Shown here: positions 25,445-32,000 of the stretch, piece after piece
Layout of the letters: each line of letters starts with the position of its first letter
Position numbering within the stretch: position 1 is the stretch's first letter
Assembly (NCBI RefSeq): GCF_030253515.1
Contig: NZ_CP124549.1
Coordinates: forward strand, 420,001 to 452,000
DNA length: 32,000 nucleotides
DNA from: Candidatus Nanosynbacter lyticus
GTDB lineage: Bacteria > Patescibacteriota > Saccharimonadia > Saccharimonadales > Saccharimonadaceae
Direction: 5' to 3'
Made by a program: the position numbers and the translations under genes
Notes under the pieces: model-generated
Database searches by the model: none
Seen by the model: only the letters and a program-made list of their open reading frames with translations
What the model was told of the DNA's origin: nothing

Positions 25445-25504
25445 CTGGGATCAACTCCGAACACCTTTGGATAATTTAGTGCGCCAACAAATTGTCCGAA
25501 CACA

Positions 25505-26443
25505 CTACACCGCAATCGGCGCCTTGATCGGTGGATGATGTTCGTAACCTTCCAGGCGAATATCGTCAATGGTGAAATTGTCAATGTTCTTAATGTCAGG
25601 ATTCAGCCACAGTTTCGGTAGCGGCAGCGGCTGGCGCGACAGTTGCTCGTCAACCTGCGTGCGGTGATTATTATAAATATGCGCACTATTCAAGATATGG
25701 ACAAATTCACCTGGTTGTTTATCTGTCACCTGGGCTATCATCGACAGCAGCAGGGAGTAGCTGGCGATATTAAACGGCACGCCGAGAAACATGTCCGCCG
25801 AACGCTGGGTCAGTGCTAAATCCAGCTTATCTTTCTCGCCATTTTCACCCGGGCGAACATTGAACTGGAACATAGTGTGGCATGGCGGCAGTCCACCAGC
25901 TCGAGCGATATCATCAATTTCCGCCACATTCCAAGCACTAACAATATTACGTCGCGACGTCGGATTATGTTTTATCATGTCGATGGCGTTTTGGATTTGA
26001 TCAATCGCCCCACCTTTACCATCAGGCCATTTCCGCCACTGCACACCGTAGACTGGCCCCAAATCACCCCATTCCTCGGCAAAGGCGTGATCGGTCGCGA
26101 TTTTACCGATAAACTCTTTCATGCCAGCACGCCACTCCTCGCCATTAATTTCTGGAATATCCTGGCCAGTTTTTTCCAGATAATTCTTATACGGCCACTC
26201 GTCCCAGATATGCACGCCATTTTGTGCCAAGTATTCAATGTTACCAGTGCCTTTAAGAAACCACAGCAGTTCATGTGCCACACTATTGAAATATAACTTC
26301 TTGGTAGTCATAGCCGGAAACCTGTTCGCCAAATCATACCGCGTTTGCACGCCAAACACTTCCGTCATGCCCGTGCCGGTGCGATCGCCTTTTTTCACGC
26401 CATTATCACGGACATGCCGCAGGGCGTCTAAATATTGCCTCAT
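25505..26443 (-). CDS. thyA: Thymidylate synthase (ThyA, long form)
   Basis: 312 aa, with DRTGTG, LLWFLKG, the active-site motif [10 protein letters not shown], and [16 protein letters not shown]. Confidence 0.95.
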   Translation of the reverse strand: MRQYLDALRHVRDNGVKKGDRTGTGMTEVFGVQTRYDLANRFPAMTTKKLYFNSVAHELLWFLKGTGNIEYLAQNGVHIWDEWPYKNYLEKTGQDIPEINGEEWRAGMKEFIGKIATDHAFAEEWGDLGPVYGVQWRKWPDGKGGAIDQIQNAIDMIKHNPTSRRNIVSAWNVAEIDDIARAGGLPPCHTMFQFNVRPGENGEKDKLDLALTQRSADMFLGVPFNIASYSLLLSMIAQVTDKQPGEFVHILNSAHIYNNHRTQVDEQLSRQPLPLPKLWLNPDIKNIDNFTIDDIRLEGYEHHPPIKAPIAV

Positions 26444-26564
26444 ACTTCCCTCCTTGCCTCTCCTTAATTATGGCAAGATTCCATCGTAACCACAAGGTAG
26501 TTTTAACAACGTCACGGCCGTGTTCAATGTATTTACGGCTCGCGAGCACGAGACTTCTTGCGGC

Positions 26565-27164
26565 CTACGCCAGCTTGCTCAGCACCTTATCCACCAGCCC
26601 ATACTGCACCGCCTCCTGAGGGCTCATCCAGTAGTCGCGTTCCATGTCGGCCTTGACCTTAGAGAGCTTCTGGCCGGTGTTTTTGGCCATGATTTTGGCA
26701 AGCATCTCCTTCACTTCCAGCGTTTCCTTTAGGTCAATTTCCATGTCGGTCACCTTGCCGCGCGTGCCGCTTGACGGCTGATGGATCATCACCTTGGCGT
26801 GTGGCAGACAAAACCGCTTGCCTTTGGCACCCGAGCTGAGCAGAAACGCACCCATGCTGGCCTGCAAGCCAATACCATAGGTCGCCACGTCCGGCTTGAT
26901 AAAATTCATGGTATCGTAGATCGCCATGCCATCATACACGCTGCCGCCCGGGCTATTGATATAGAGCGAGATGTCCGCCTGCGGGTCAACGTACGCCAGA
27001 TGTAGCAGCTGCGCCACCACGCTGTTAGCGGTATGTTCGTTAACCTCCTCGCCGAGGAAAATAATCCGCTCATTGAGCAGCCGCGAATAAATATCAAACG
27101 CCCGCTCGCCGTCGGCTGACTTTTCGATGACGGTGGGGATGAGATACGATGTTGTTTTCTGCAT
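26565..27164 (-). CDS. clpP: ATP-dependent Clp protease proteolytic subunit
   Basis: [30 protein letters not shown] (Ser), MIHQP (His) and ERDYWM (Asp). ATG 27164 (MQKTT...) is preferred, because the first ATG at 27173 lies inside the TATAAT box. Confidence 0.95.
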   Translation of the reverse strand: MQKTTSYLIPTVIEKSADGERAFDIYSRLLNERIIFLGEEVNEHTANSVVAQLLHLAYVDPQADISLYINSPGGSVYDGMAIYDTMNFIKPDVATYGIGLQASMGAFLLSSGAKGKRFCLPHAKVMIHQPSSGTRGKVTDMEIDLKETLEVKEMLAKIMAKNTGQKLSKVKADMERDYWMSPQEAVQYGLVDKVLSKLA

Positions 27165-27171
27165 ACACAAC

Positions 27172-27199
27172 ATTATATAAGCCGAGCTTGCTACTGTAA
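27172..27199 (-). promoter_or_regulatory. Promoter of clpP, TTACAG-16-TATAAT, with the ATG 7 nt downstream
   Basis: Minus-strand read: ttacag tagcaagctcggctta tataat gttgtgt ATG. Confidence 0.5.
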
Positions 27200-27215
27200 A
27201 GGATGGCCCGTTAAT

Positions 27216-28586
27216 CTATATATTGAGACTTTTTATCAACCGCTCTTGCCCCGCACGTATTAGCTCCTGAGCCTCCTCTGTATGGAGCGGCACTAAGCGG
27301 ACGTAGACCTGGCCCGATTGCTGTCCAGCGGCGACCAATATACCGAGCTGTTCATCAATATACGCAACGTGTTCAAAGCTATTCTCGCCATATTTAATAC
27401 TCTCATCCCATATACTTGGATTTAATATGGCGCTATCACGCCCTCCTGACCATGTCGCAAAGACACCCATCCGGTCAATAGGGTTACTCCACTGTTTTGA
27501 GCGGACTATTGGGCCAATGAAAAGTGTATCTGCATTCGGAGCTATTTGGCGTAGTATATGATCCTCTGGGATGTCTATAGTAATACCGGCTCGGTCAGGC
27601 CCGCCGTAGCTAATGGGTATCTGGCCTGTGCCCATCGACGGCATTGTGATATGGCGAATTGACAGCGTTGGATCGAGAAAGGCAAGCTCAGGGGAAGAGA
27701 ACATCGGTATCGTTGGATCTACCATGGAATCAAATAATGCACTATTTCCCATGACGCTATATCGTGAAGCATAGGGGTTTGGTTTTCCGCTGTCATCTTT
27801 CTCCAGACTATACCCCGCGGCGATAATCTCCTGAATAGGAGCAACGTGGAGACTATGGCGCCAATCTTTTTCCTTCTCGTCACCCCATGGCTGCAGGGCC
27901 CAGGCATGACCAAGACCGCGCTCGCCGCCCTCTGGAGCGAGCATATGTCCTAATTCGTGTGCAATCGTACCAATGGACACGCCACCCAAGTCACGCACAA
28001 GTGCGACTGGAGGCTGTTTGTCATCATACACGGTTAGACCAGCGTAGTAGTCCTTGTCTGTATCAGCAGAATCGACGATAACTATAGCCATATTACTTCT
28101 CGTTTTACGAGCATGGGCCTGACCAATCGCTTGAAGCAGACGCTGACCATAGGCAGGTTGTTTACCATCCTCAGTTATTCGTGTTGTATCAGGCGAGTGA
28201 CCATCCCGGGTGAACCGCACATTAAGGTATAGATGGCTAGTCGTTAGCGCGATACGCCCAAGAGCATCTCGTACCCCAGAACTAATTTTTTCAATGCCTT
28301 GATGCGGCTCGGCGTTTTCTGGCAATAATTGCACGACGACAACACTTAGCGAGCCCAGCGGCGGAGCTTTTCGCTCATTATTGCGCTGTATCGGTATATT
28401 TTGACCTTGTTCTGATCCTAGATTTTTTATAGCCTCACCGATAAGAGTTCCAGCGCCCAAGCATCCAGCACCAAGCGCCATACCTCCCAAAAAACTGCGA
28501 CGGCTAACCTTCTTGCCGCTCCCGTCTGTCTCTTGGAAATGCCCAGACTCCAACTCTGGACGCTCAGACTTTGAGGATTCACACAT
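27216..28586 (-). CDS. Secreted zinc-metallopeptidase-like protein (HExxH) with a twin-arginine-type signal peptide
   Basis: 456 aa. The N-terminus ...GKKVSRRSFLGGMALGAGCLGAG fits the S-R-R-x-F-L Tat consensus. The motif AHELGHML is followed by GLGH and a possible Met-turn (YSVMG). I cannot assign a specific peptidase family. Confidence 0.75.
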   Translation of the reverse strand: MCESSKSERPELESGHFQETDGSGKKVSRRSFLGGMALGAGCLGAGTLIGEAIKNLGSEQGQNIPIQRNNERKAPPLGSLSVVVVQLLPENAEPHQGIEKISSGVRDALGRIALTTSHLYLNVRFTRDGHSPDTTRITEDGKQPAYGQRLLQAIGQAHARKTRSNMAIVIVDSADTDKDYYAGLTVYDDKQPPVALVRDLGGVSIGTIAHELGHMLAPEGGERGLGHAWALQPWGDEKEKDWRHSLHVAPIQEIIAAGYSLEKDDSGKPNPYASRYSVMGNSALFDSMVDPTIPMFSSPELAFLDPTLSIRHITMPSMGTGQIPISYGGPDRAGITIDIPEDHILRQIAPNADTLFIGPIVRSKQWSNPIDRMGVFATWSGGRDSAILNPSIWDESIKYGENSFEHVAYIDEQLGILVAAGQQSGQVYVRLVPLHTEEAQELIRAGQERLIKSLNI

Positions 28587-28594
28587 ATTTTGCC

Positions 28595-28623
28595 ATTATA
28601 CCAGCTAATTGTAGGTTTGTCAA
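28595..28623 (-). promoter_or_regulatory. Consensus promoter TTGACA-17-TATAAT (TG-extended), with the ATG 8 nt downstream
   Basis: Minus-strand read: ttgaca aacctacaattagctgg tataat ggcaaaat ATG. Confidence 0.6.
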
Positions 28624-28656
28624 TAAAACAGGGGCGGCCCTTTTGCCATCCCCTGC
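28622..28656 (-). terminator. Intrinsic terminator after tig
   Basis: Minus-strand read: CAGGGG atggcaaaagggccg CCCCTG TTTTATT. Confidence 0.6.
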
Positions 28657-28684
28657 TTCAGATTATTTTATTGCTATGTCGTCG

Positions 28685-29971
28685 CTATTTACTATTCAGC
28701 TCAACCAGCTTGTCGATCGTCTTGTCGGTGATCATCCGATTGGCGATGTCACGGTGGACGTTTGGATCATCAAATCGCGCGGCCAGCTTGGCGTCCTTAC
28801 CGTATTGCTGCTTGAAGGTGGAAATTTGCCTATCAAGCTCCTCACGGCTAACCTCCACACCCAGCTCCTTTGATAGCTCAGCCAGCACCAAGCCAGCCTT
28901 GACCCGCTTTTCAGCCGCCGGGCGAGCCTCTTTTTTCTGCCAATCGGCTTTATCTTTGAAACCTTGCGTCTTTAGATACGAGTCCATTGTCAGGCCACGA
29001 TATGACAAATTTTGCATCAGATCTTGTTCAATTGACTGCAGCTGATCGTCGATCAACAGCTCTGGCAGCGCCACCTTGGAGCTATCCGCTAGTTCTGCCA
29101 CCAGCTCATCCTTGAGCTTTTCCTTGGCCTCGCGCTCTTTTTGCGTGGTAATCTCGCGCTTGATGTCGGCCTTGAGCTCTTTGACATCGGTGAATGGGCC
29201 ACACTTGGCGGCAAATTCATCATTGAGTTCCGGTAACTTCAGCTCATTTACTTTGTGCAGCGTCACACTAAACATCACCTTGGCGCCGGCCAGATTTTCA
29301 GCATGGTAATCCTTTGGAAATTCGAGGTCAAGATCAAATGTCTCGCCGGCCTTGTGGCCAACCACACCCTCTTCAAAGCCGGGGATAAACTGACCGCCAC
29401 CCAGCTTCAGGGCAAAGTCCTTGGCCGAACCGCCGTCAAACGCCACGCCGTCTTTCTTGCCGACAAAGTCGATGATCGCCTCATCACCTTCTTGAGCCGC
29501 ACGCTTGACCTCGGCTTTATCGACAAAATTCTGCTGCATTCGCTCGATGATTTCGTCGACGTCCTTGGCATCAACCTTGACGGCCTGAGGCTTGGCCTTG
29601 AGCTTTTTGTAATCACCTAATTTGACCGGCGGCACAACGGTCGCCTCGGCGGTGAACTCGACTTCTTGATTGGGGACAAATTTCTTGACCTCAACGCTCG
29701 GCCGCTCTAGCGCCTGCAGCTTCTCGTTCATAAAGGCCTCGGCGACCGCCTTGGACAGCGCGTTGTCTAGCACCTGCTCCTGGAGCGCCATTGGATTGAC
29801 GTGCTTGGCAGCCACGCTGACCGGCACCTTACCCTTACGAAATCCCGGCACCTTGAGGTCGCGCGCCATCTTGGTCAGCGCCACCTGCTCAGCCGCATTC
29901 AGCTCGTCCGCCCCCAGCGTAATTGTCAAACAAACCTTGGTATCTGATAGTTTCTTTACAGTCGTCTTCAT
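28685..29971 (-). CDS. tig: Trigger factor
   Basis: 428 aa, with an N-terminal ribosome-binding region (KVPGFRKGKVP), a central FKBP-like segment (GGQFIPGFEEGVVGHKAGE) and a helical C-terminal domain. Confidence 0.93.
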   Translation of the reverse strand: MKTTVKKLSDTKVCLTITLGADELNAAEQVALTKMARDLKVPGFRKGKVPVSVAAKHVNPMALQEQVLDNALSKAVAEAFMNEKLQALERPSVEVKKFVPNQEVEFTAEATVVPPVKLGDYKKLKAKPQAVKVDAKDVDEIIERMQQNFVDKAEVKRAAQEGDEAIIDFVGKKDGVAFDGGSAKDFALKLGGGQFIPGFEEGVVGHKAGETFDLDLEFPKDYHAENLAGAKVMFSVTLHKVNELKLPELNDEFAAKCGPFTDVKELKADIKREITTQKEREAKEKLKDELVAELADSSKVALPELLIDDQLQSIEQDLMQNLSYRGLTMDSYLKTQGFKDKADWQKKEARPAAEKRVKAGLVLAELSKELGVEVSREELDRQISTFKQQYGKDAKLAARFDDPNVHRDIANRMITDKTIDKLVELNSK

Positions 29972-29979
29972 GACTACCT

Positions 29980-30008
29980 ATTATAACAGGGGTAACGCTA
30001 AATCTCAA
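29980..30008 (-). promoter_or_regulatory. Promoter of tig, TTGAGA-17-TATAAT (TG-extended), with the ATG 8 nt downstream; it overlaps the hisS stop codon
   Basis: Minus-strand read: ttgaga tttagcgttacccctgt tataat aggtagtc ATG. Confidence 0.5.
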
Positions 30009-31335
30009 ACGCCGCGTCGTCATCACCGTCGTAGCGCCGATCTTTGACCACGCTGATCATTCGCTCGAGACTGACTTTTTGTTCGGTTGACTCGATGAGG
30101 TTTTTGATCGTGTAGACACCCGAAGCGATCTCTTCTTCACCGACAAACGCCACGAATGGGATGTTCTTTTTGAGCGCGGTTTTCAGCTGCTTGTCTAACT
30201 TGCGCCCGCTGAAATCTAACTCGGCCCGCACCCCCTCGCTCCGCAGCGTCCGCGCCAAAGCATCTGCACCACCTAGCGATGCCGCGTCCACCGCGATGAT
30301 GTACACATCGGTGTGCGTCGTTAGTTTTGGTAGCAACTCGTGCACCTCAAGGAACTGCTGCATCGTCGTCGCACCGAGCCCCACGCCGACCGTAGCGACC
30401 GGCTCAACACCAAATAGTCCGATCAGCCCATCATAGCGCCCGCCGCCGAATAGCGCTCGATTGTTCTCCGGCGAATTATCAAAAAACTCAAACACCGTAC
30501 CGGTATAATAATCCAGCCCGCGCATCAGCGTCACGTCGAACATCGCATTACCGATGCCCTTCTGACGCAGCAGGGTCATCACCTGGCGAAGCTGCTGGAC
30601 ACTCGGGCTATCTGCCAGCTCCTCTGGTAGATCATCAACACTACGCATGCTGATTAGTTGGGCTAATTTTGGCAGGCCCGCCTTGGCTTCTTCTGAGCCA
30701 AAAATCTCGATGGCTTGCTCGCGGAAAGCTTCCGGCGAAATCTTATTCTTGCGATCAAGCAGCCGCGTCATCATCTGGGCGCCGATCACATCAAGGCCGA
30801 GAAACCCACTCATCAACTGATTGATCAGCTGGCGATTATTCACCCGCACCGTAAACATATCTTCGCGCGCGCCAAAGTTCATGATGCTACGGTAGCCAAA
30901 CTCGATAATCTCCGCATCCGCCCACGGCCCCTCCGCACCAAACAGGTCGGCGTTCAATTGCCAAAACTCGCGTTCCCGCCCGCGCTGCGGCCGTTCGTAG
31001 CGCATGAAATTAGCGATAGAATACAGCCGGGCCGGCATGGCCAGTTCCTGGCGCCGACTGGCCACCATGCGAGAAATCGACGGCGTCATCTCTGGGCGAA
31101 TTGCCACCTGACGACCACCACGATCAGTGAACAAGTAAGTCTGCTCGCCCGCTAATTCCTGCCCCGATTTGGCGGTGTAAATATCCAGCGGCTCGAGCAA
31201 GGGTGCGCCGTACTCCTCGTACCCAAAACTCTGCGCCGTGGCGTGCCACACCTTGAAAATATAGTTTTGCAGGCGCTTGTCCTCCGGGAAATAATCGCGC
31301 GCGCCCTTATAACTTTGGGTCGATAAATTGCTCAT
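29998..31335 (-). CDS. hisS: Histidine--tRNA ligase
   Basis: MSNLSTQSYKGARDYFPED..., with the class II motifs (RQVAIRPEMTPS, YERPQRGREREFWQLN, GGGRYDGL). ATG 31335 is preferred; the longer ORF start at 31425 overlaps the upstream gene and the promoter. Confidence 0.94.
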   Translation of the reverse strand: MSNLSTQSYKGARDYFPEDKRLQNYIFKVWHATAQSFGYEEYGAPLLEPLDIYTAKSGQELAGEQTYLFTDRGGRQVAIRPEMTPSISRMVASRRQELAMPARLYSIANFMRYERPQRGREREFWQLNADLFGAEGPWADAEIIEFGYRSIMNFGAREDMFTVRVNNRQLINQLMSGFLGLDVIGAQMMTRLLDRKNKISPEAFREQAIEIFGSEEAKAGLPKLAQLISMRSVDDLPEELADSPSVQQLRQVMTLLRQKGIGNAMFDVTLMRGLDYYTGTVFEFFDNSPENNRALFGGGRYDGLIGLFGVEPVATVGVGLGATTMQQFLEVHELLPKLTTHTDVYIIAVDAASLGGADALARTLRSEGVRAELDFSGRKLDKQLKTALKKNIPFVAFVGEEEIASGVYTIKNLIESTEQKVSLERMISVVKDRRYDGDDDAAFEI

Positions 31336-31345
31336 GGTTGCTTTT

Positions 31346-31374
31346 ATTGTGGCATAGTGGGGCGAATTTTTCAA
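31346..31374 (-). promoter_or_regulatory. Promoter of hisS, TTGAAA-17-CACAAT (TG-extended), with the ATG 10 nt downstream
   Basis: Minus-strand read: ttgaaa aattcgccccactatgc cacaat aaaagcaacc ATG. Confidence 0.45.
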
Positions 31375-31394
31375 CAACACCCGGCATGTGGGGG

Positions 31395-31922
31395 TCAACC
31401 GAGCACATGCTGCTGCAACCAGCAATACATCGCCACGGTGGCTGCCGCGCCGACATTGATGGAGCGGGTCGAGCCAAACTGTTCAATTGCCACAATTTTG
31501 TCTGCCGCCTGCGCCATCTCCTCGGAGATTCCCGGTCCTTCCTGACCAAACACCAGTACCGCACACTTTGGCAAGGCCGTCTCCGACATATTGATACTGC
31601 CAGGGATATTATCAATCGCAATAATTTCTCTGTTTTCAGACCGCATTAGCTCGACAAACTCCGCCGTCGAACTGACATACTGCACATGCAAATATTTATC
31701 CGTCATCATGGCGCCGCGCTTGTTCCATTGCCGCCGACCGATGACGTAAATCTGCCGCACCCCAAACGCATTAGCACTCCTGACGATCGTCCCCATGTTA
31801 AAATCCCGCTCGGTGTTCTCCAGAGCAATCACCAAGCCGTGGTCCTTGGCGTCCAGCTCTCTTATGATCTCCGCCTCGCTGCGACCTTTGAATTTGTCAG
31901 CTACATTTCGTGTGTCTTGCAT
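31395..31922 (-). CDS. SpoU/TrmH-family RNA 2'-O-methyltransferase
   Basis: The SPOUT motifs are present: LENTERDFNMGTIVRSANAFG, VLVFGQEGPGIS and IEQFGSTRSINVGAAATVAMY. ATG 31922 (MQDTRN...) is preferred because TGcTACAAT lies 7 nt upstream; the alternative start is 31970. Confidence 0.85.
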   Translation of the reverse strand: MQDTRNVADKFKGRSEAEIIRELDAKDHGLVIALENTERDFNMGTIVRSANAFGVRQIYVIGRRQWNKRGAMMTDKYLHVQYVSSTAEFVELMRSENREIIAIDNIPGSINMSETALPKCAVLVFGQEGPGISEEMAQAADKIVAIEQFGSTRSINVGAAATVAMYCWLQQHVLG

Positions 31923-31929
31923 CTCTGTT

Positions 31930-31938
31930 ATTGTAGCA
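31930..31938 (-). promoter_or_regulatory. Extended -10 (TGcTACAAT), 7 nt upstream of the methyltransferase ATG
   Basis: Minus-strand read: tttgcTACAATaacagagATG. Confidence 0.4.
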
Positions 31939-32000
31939 AATAGGGATGAAAAAACAGAAAAACTTGACAAAAATCATTGACATTTTTTCATATAAGTGAT

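Noticed and set aside
25456-25503. A 9-nt direct repeat TCCGAACAC (25456..25464 and 25495..25503) in the convergent folA/thyA spacer.
   Set aside because: The repeat is short, has only two copies, and has no associated hairpin or ORF. It could easily be chance.
31960-32000. Tandem TTGACA hexamers (ttgacaaaaatcattgaca) at the right edge, considered as a possible plus-strand promoter.
   Set aside because: The window ends before any -10 box or downstream gene can be seen.
1-32000. A search for rRNA, tRNA, tmRNA, CRISPR repeats, transposase or integrase genes, inverted terminal repeats and long direct repeats.
   Set aside because: None was recognised by eye. The intergenic spacers are short (mostly under 280 nt) and are accounted for by promoters, leaders and terminators. 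A covariance-model scan (tRNAscan/Infernal) would be the decisive check.

Overview
This is a gene-dense window of about 50% GC. Almost everything is transcribed on the minus strand, and most genes are core information-processing genes. Read in the direction of transcription (right to left), the order is as follows. First come a SpoU-family RNA methyltransferase, hisS, tig, a secreted HExxH metalloprotease, clpP and thyA, with folA divergent on the plus strand. Next come dcd-tmk-unknown(220 aa), rpoB, rpoC, rpsL, rpsG, yajQ, unknown(303 aa) and fusA, with an 81-aa acidic ORF on the plus strand. Then follows a 15-gene ribosomal-protein operon: rplC-rplD-rplW-rplB-rpsS-rplV-rpsC-rplP-rpmC-rpsQ-rplN-rplX-rplE-rpsN-rpsH. 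The window ends at the left in a small accessory cluster (membrane proteins, a lipoprotein, a coiled-coil protein) and a 24%-GC edge. I saw no rRNA, tRNA, CRISPR array, transposase, integrase or long repeat. My impression is a reduced-genome, Gram-positive-like or Patescibacteria (possibly Saccharibacteria-like) organism, but I cannot verify that without a database search. I did not find a clear-cut new multi-gene system such as a defence island. The observations most worth follow-up are these. (1) The RpoC translation lacks all eight cysteine ligands of both canonical beta-prime zinc sites. (2) S12 has Pro at the streptomycin-resistance hot spot K88 (E. coli numbering). (3) At least nine genes have a -10 box 6-10 nt upstream of their ATG with no Shine-Dalgarno (SD) sequence, which suggests widespread leaderless mRNAs. 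(4) The conserved str/S10/spc/rpoBC/tig-clpPX neighbourhoods are unusually fragmented: tuf, rpsJ, rplF onward, rplJL and clpX are all absent from their expected positions. (5) Uncharacterised genes are wedged into those conserved clusters: yajQ plus the 303-aa ORF, the 81-aa acidic ORF, the Tat-signal metalloprotease and the 220-aa ORF after dcd-tmk. (6) Structured 5' leaders precede rplC (with an SD-sequestering helix) and rpsL. All promoter and terminator calls rest on reading sequence motifs only.
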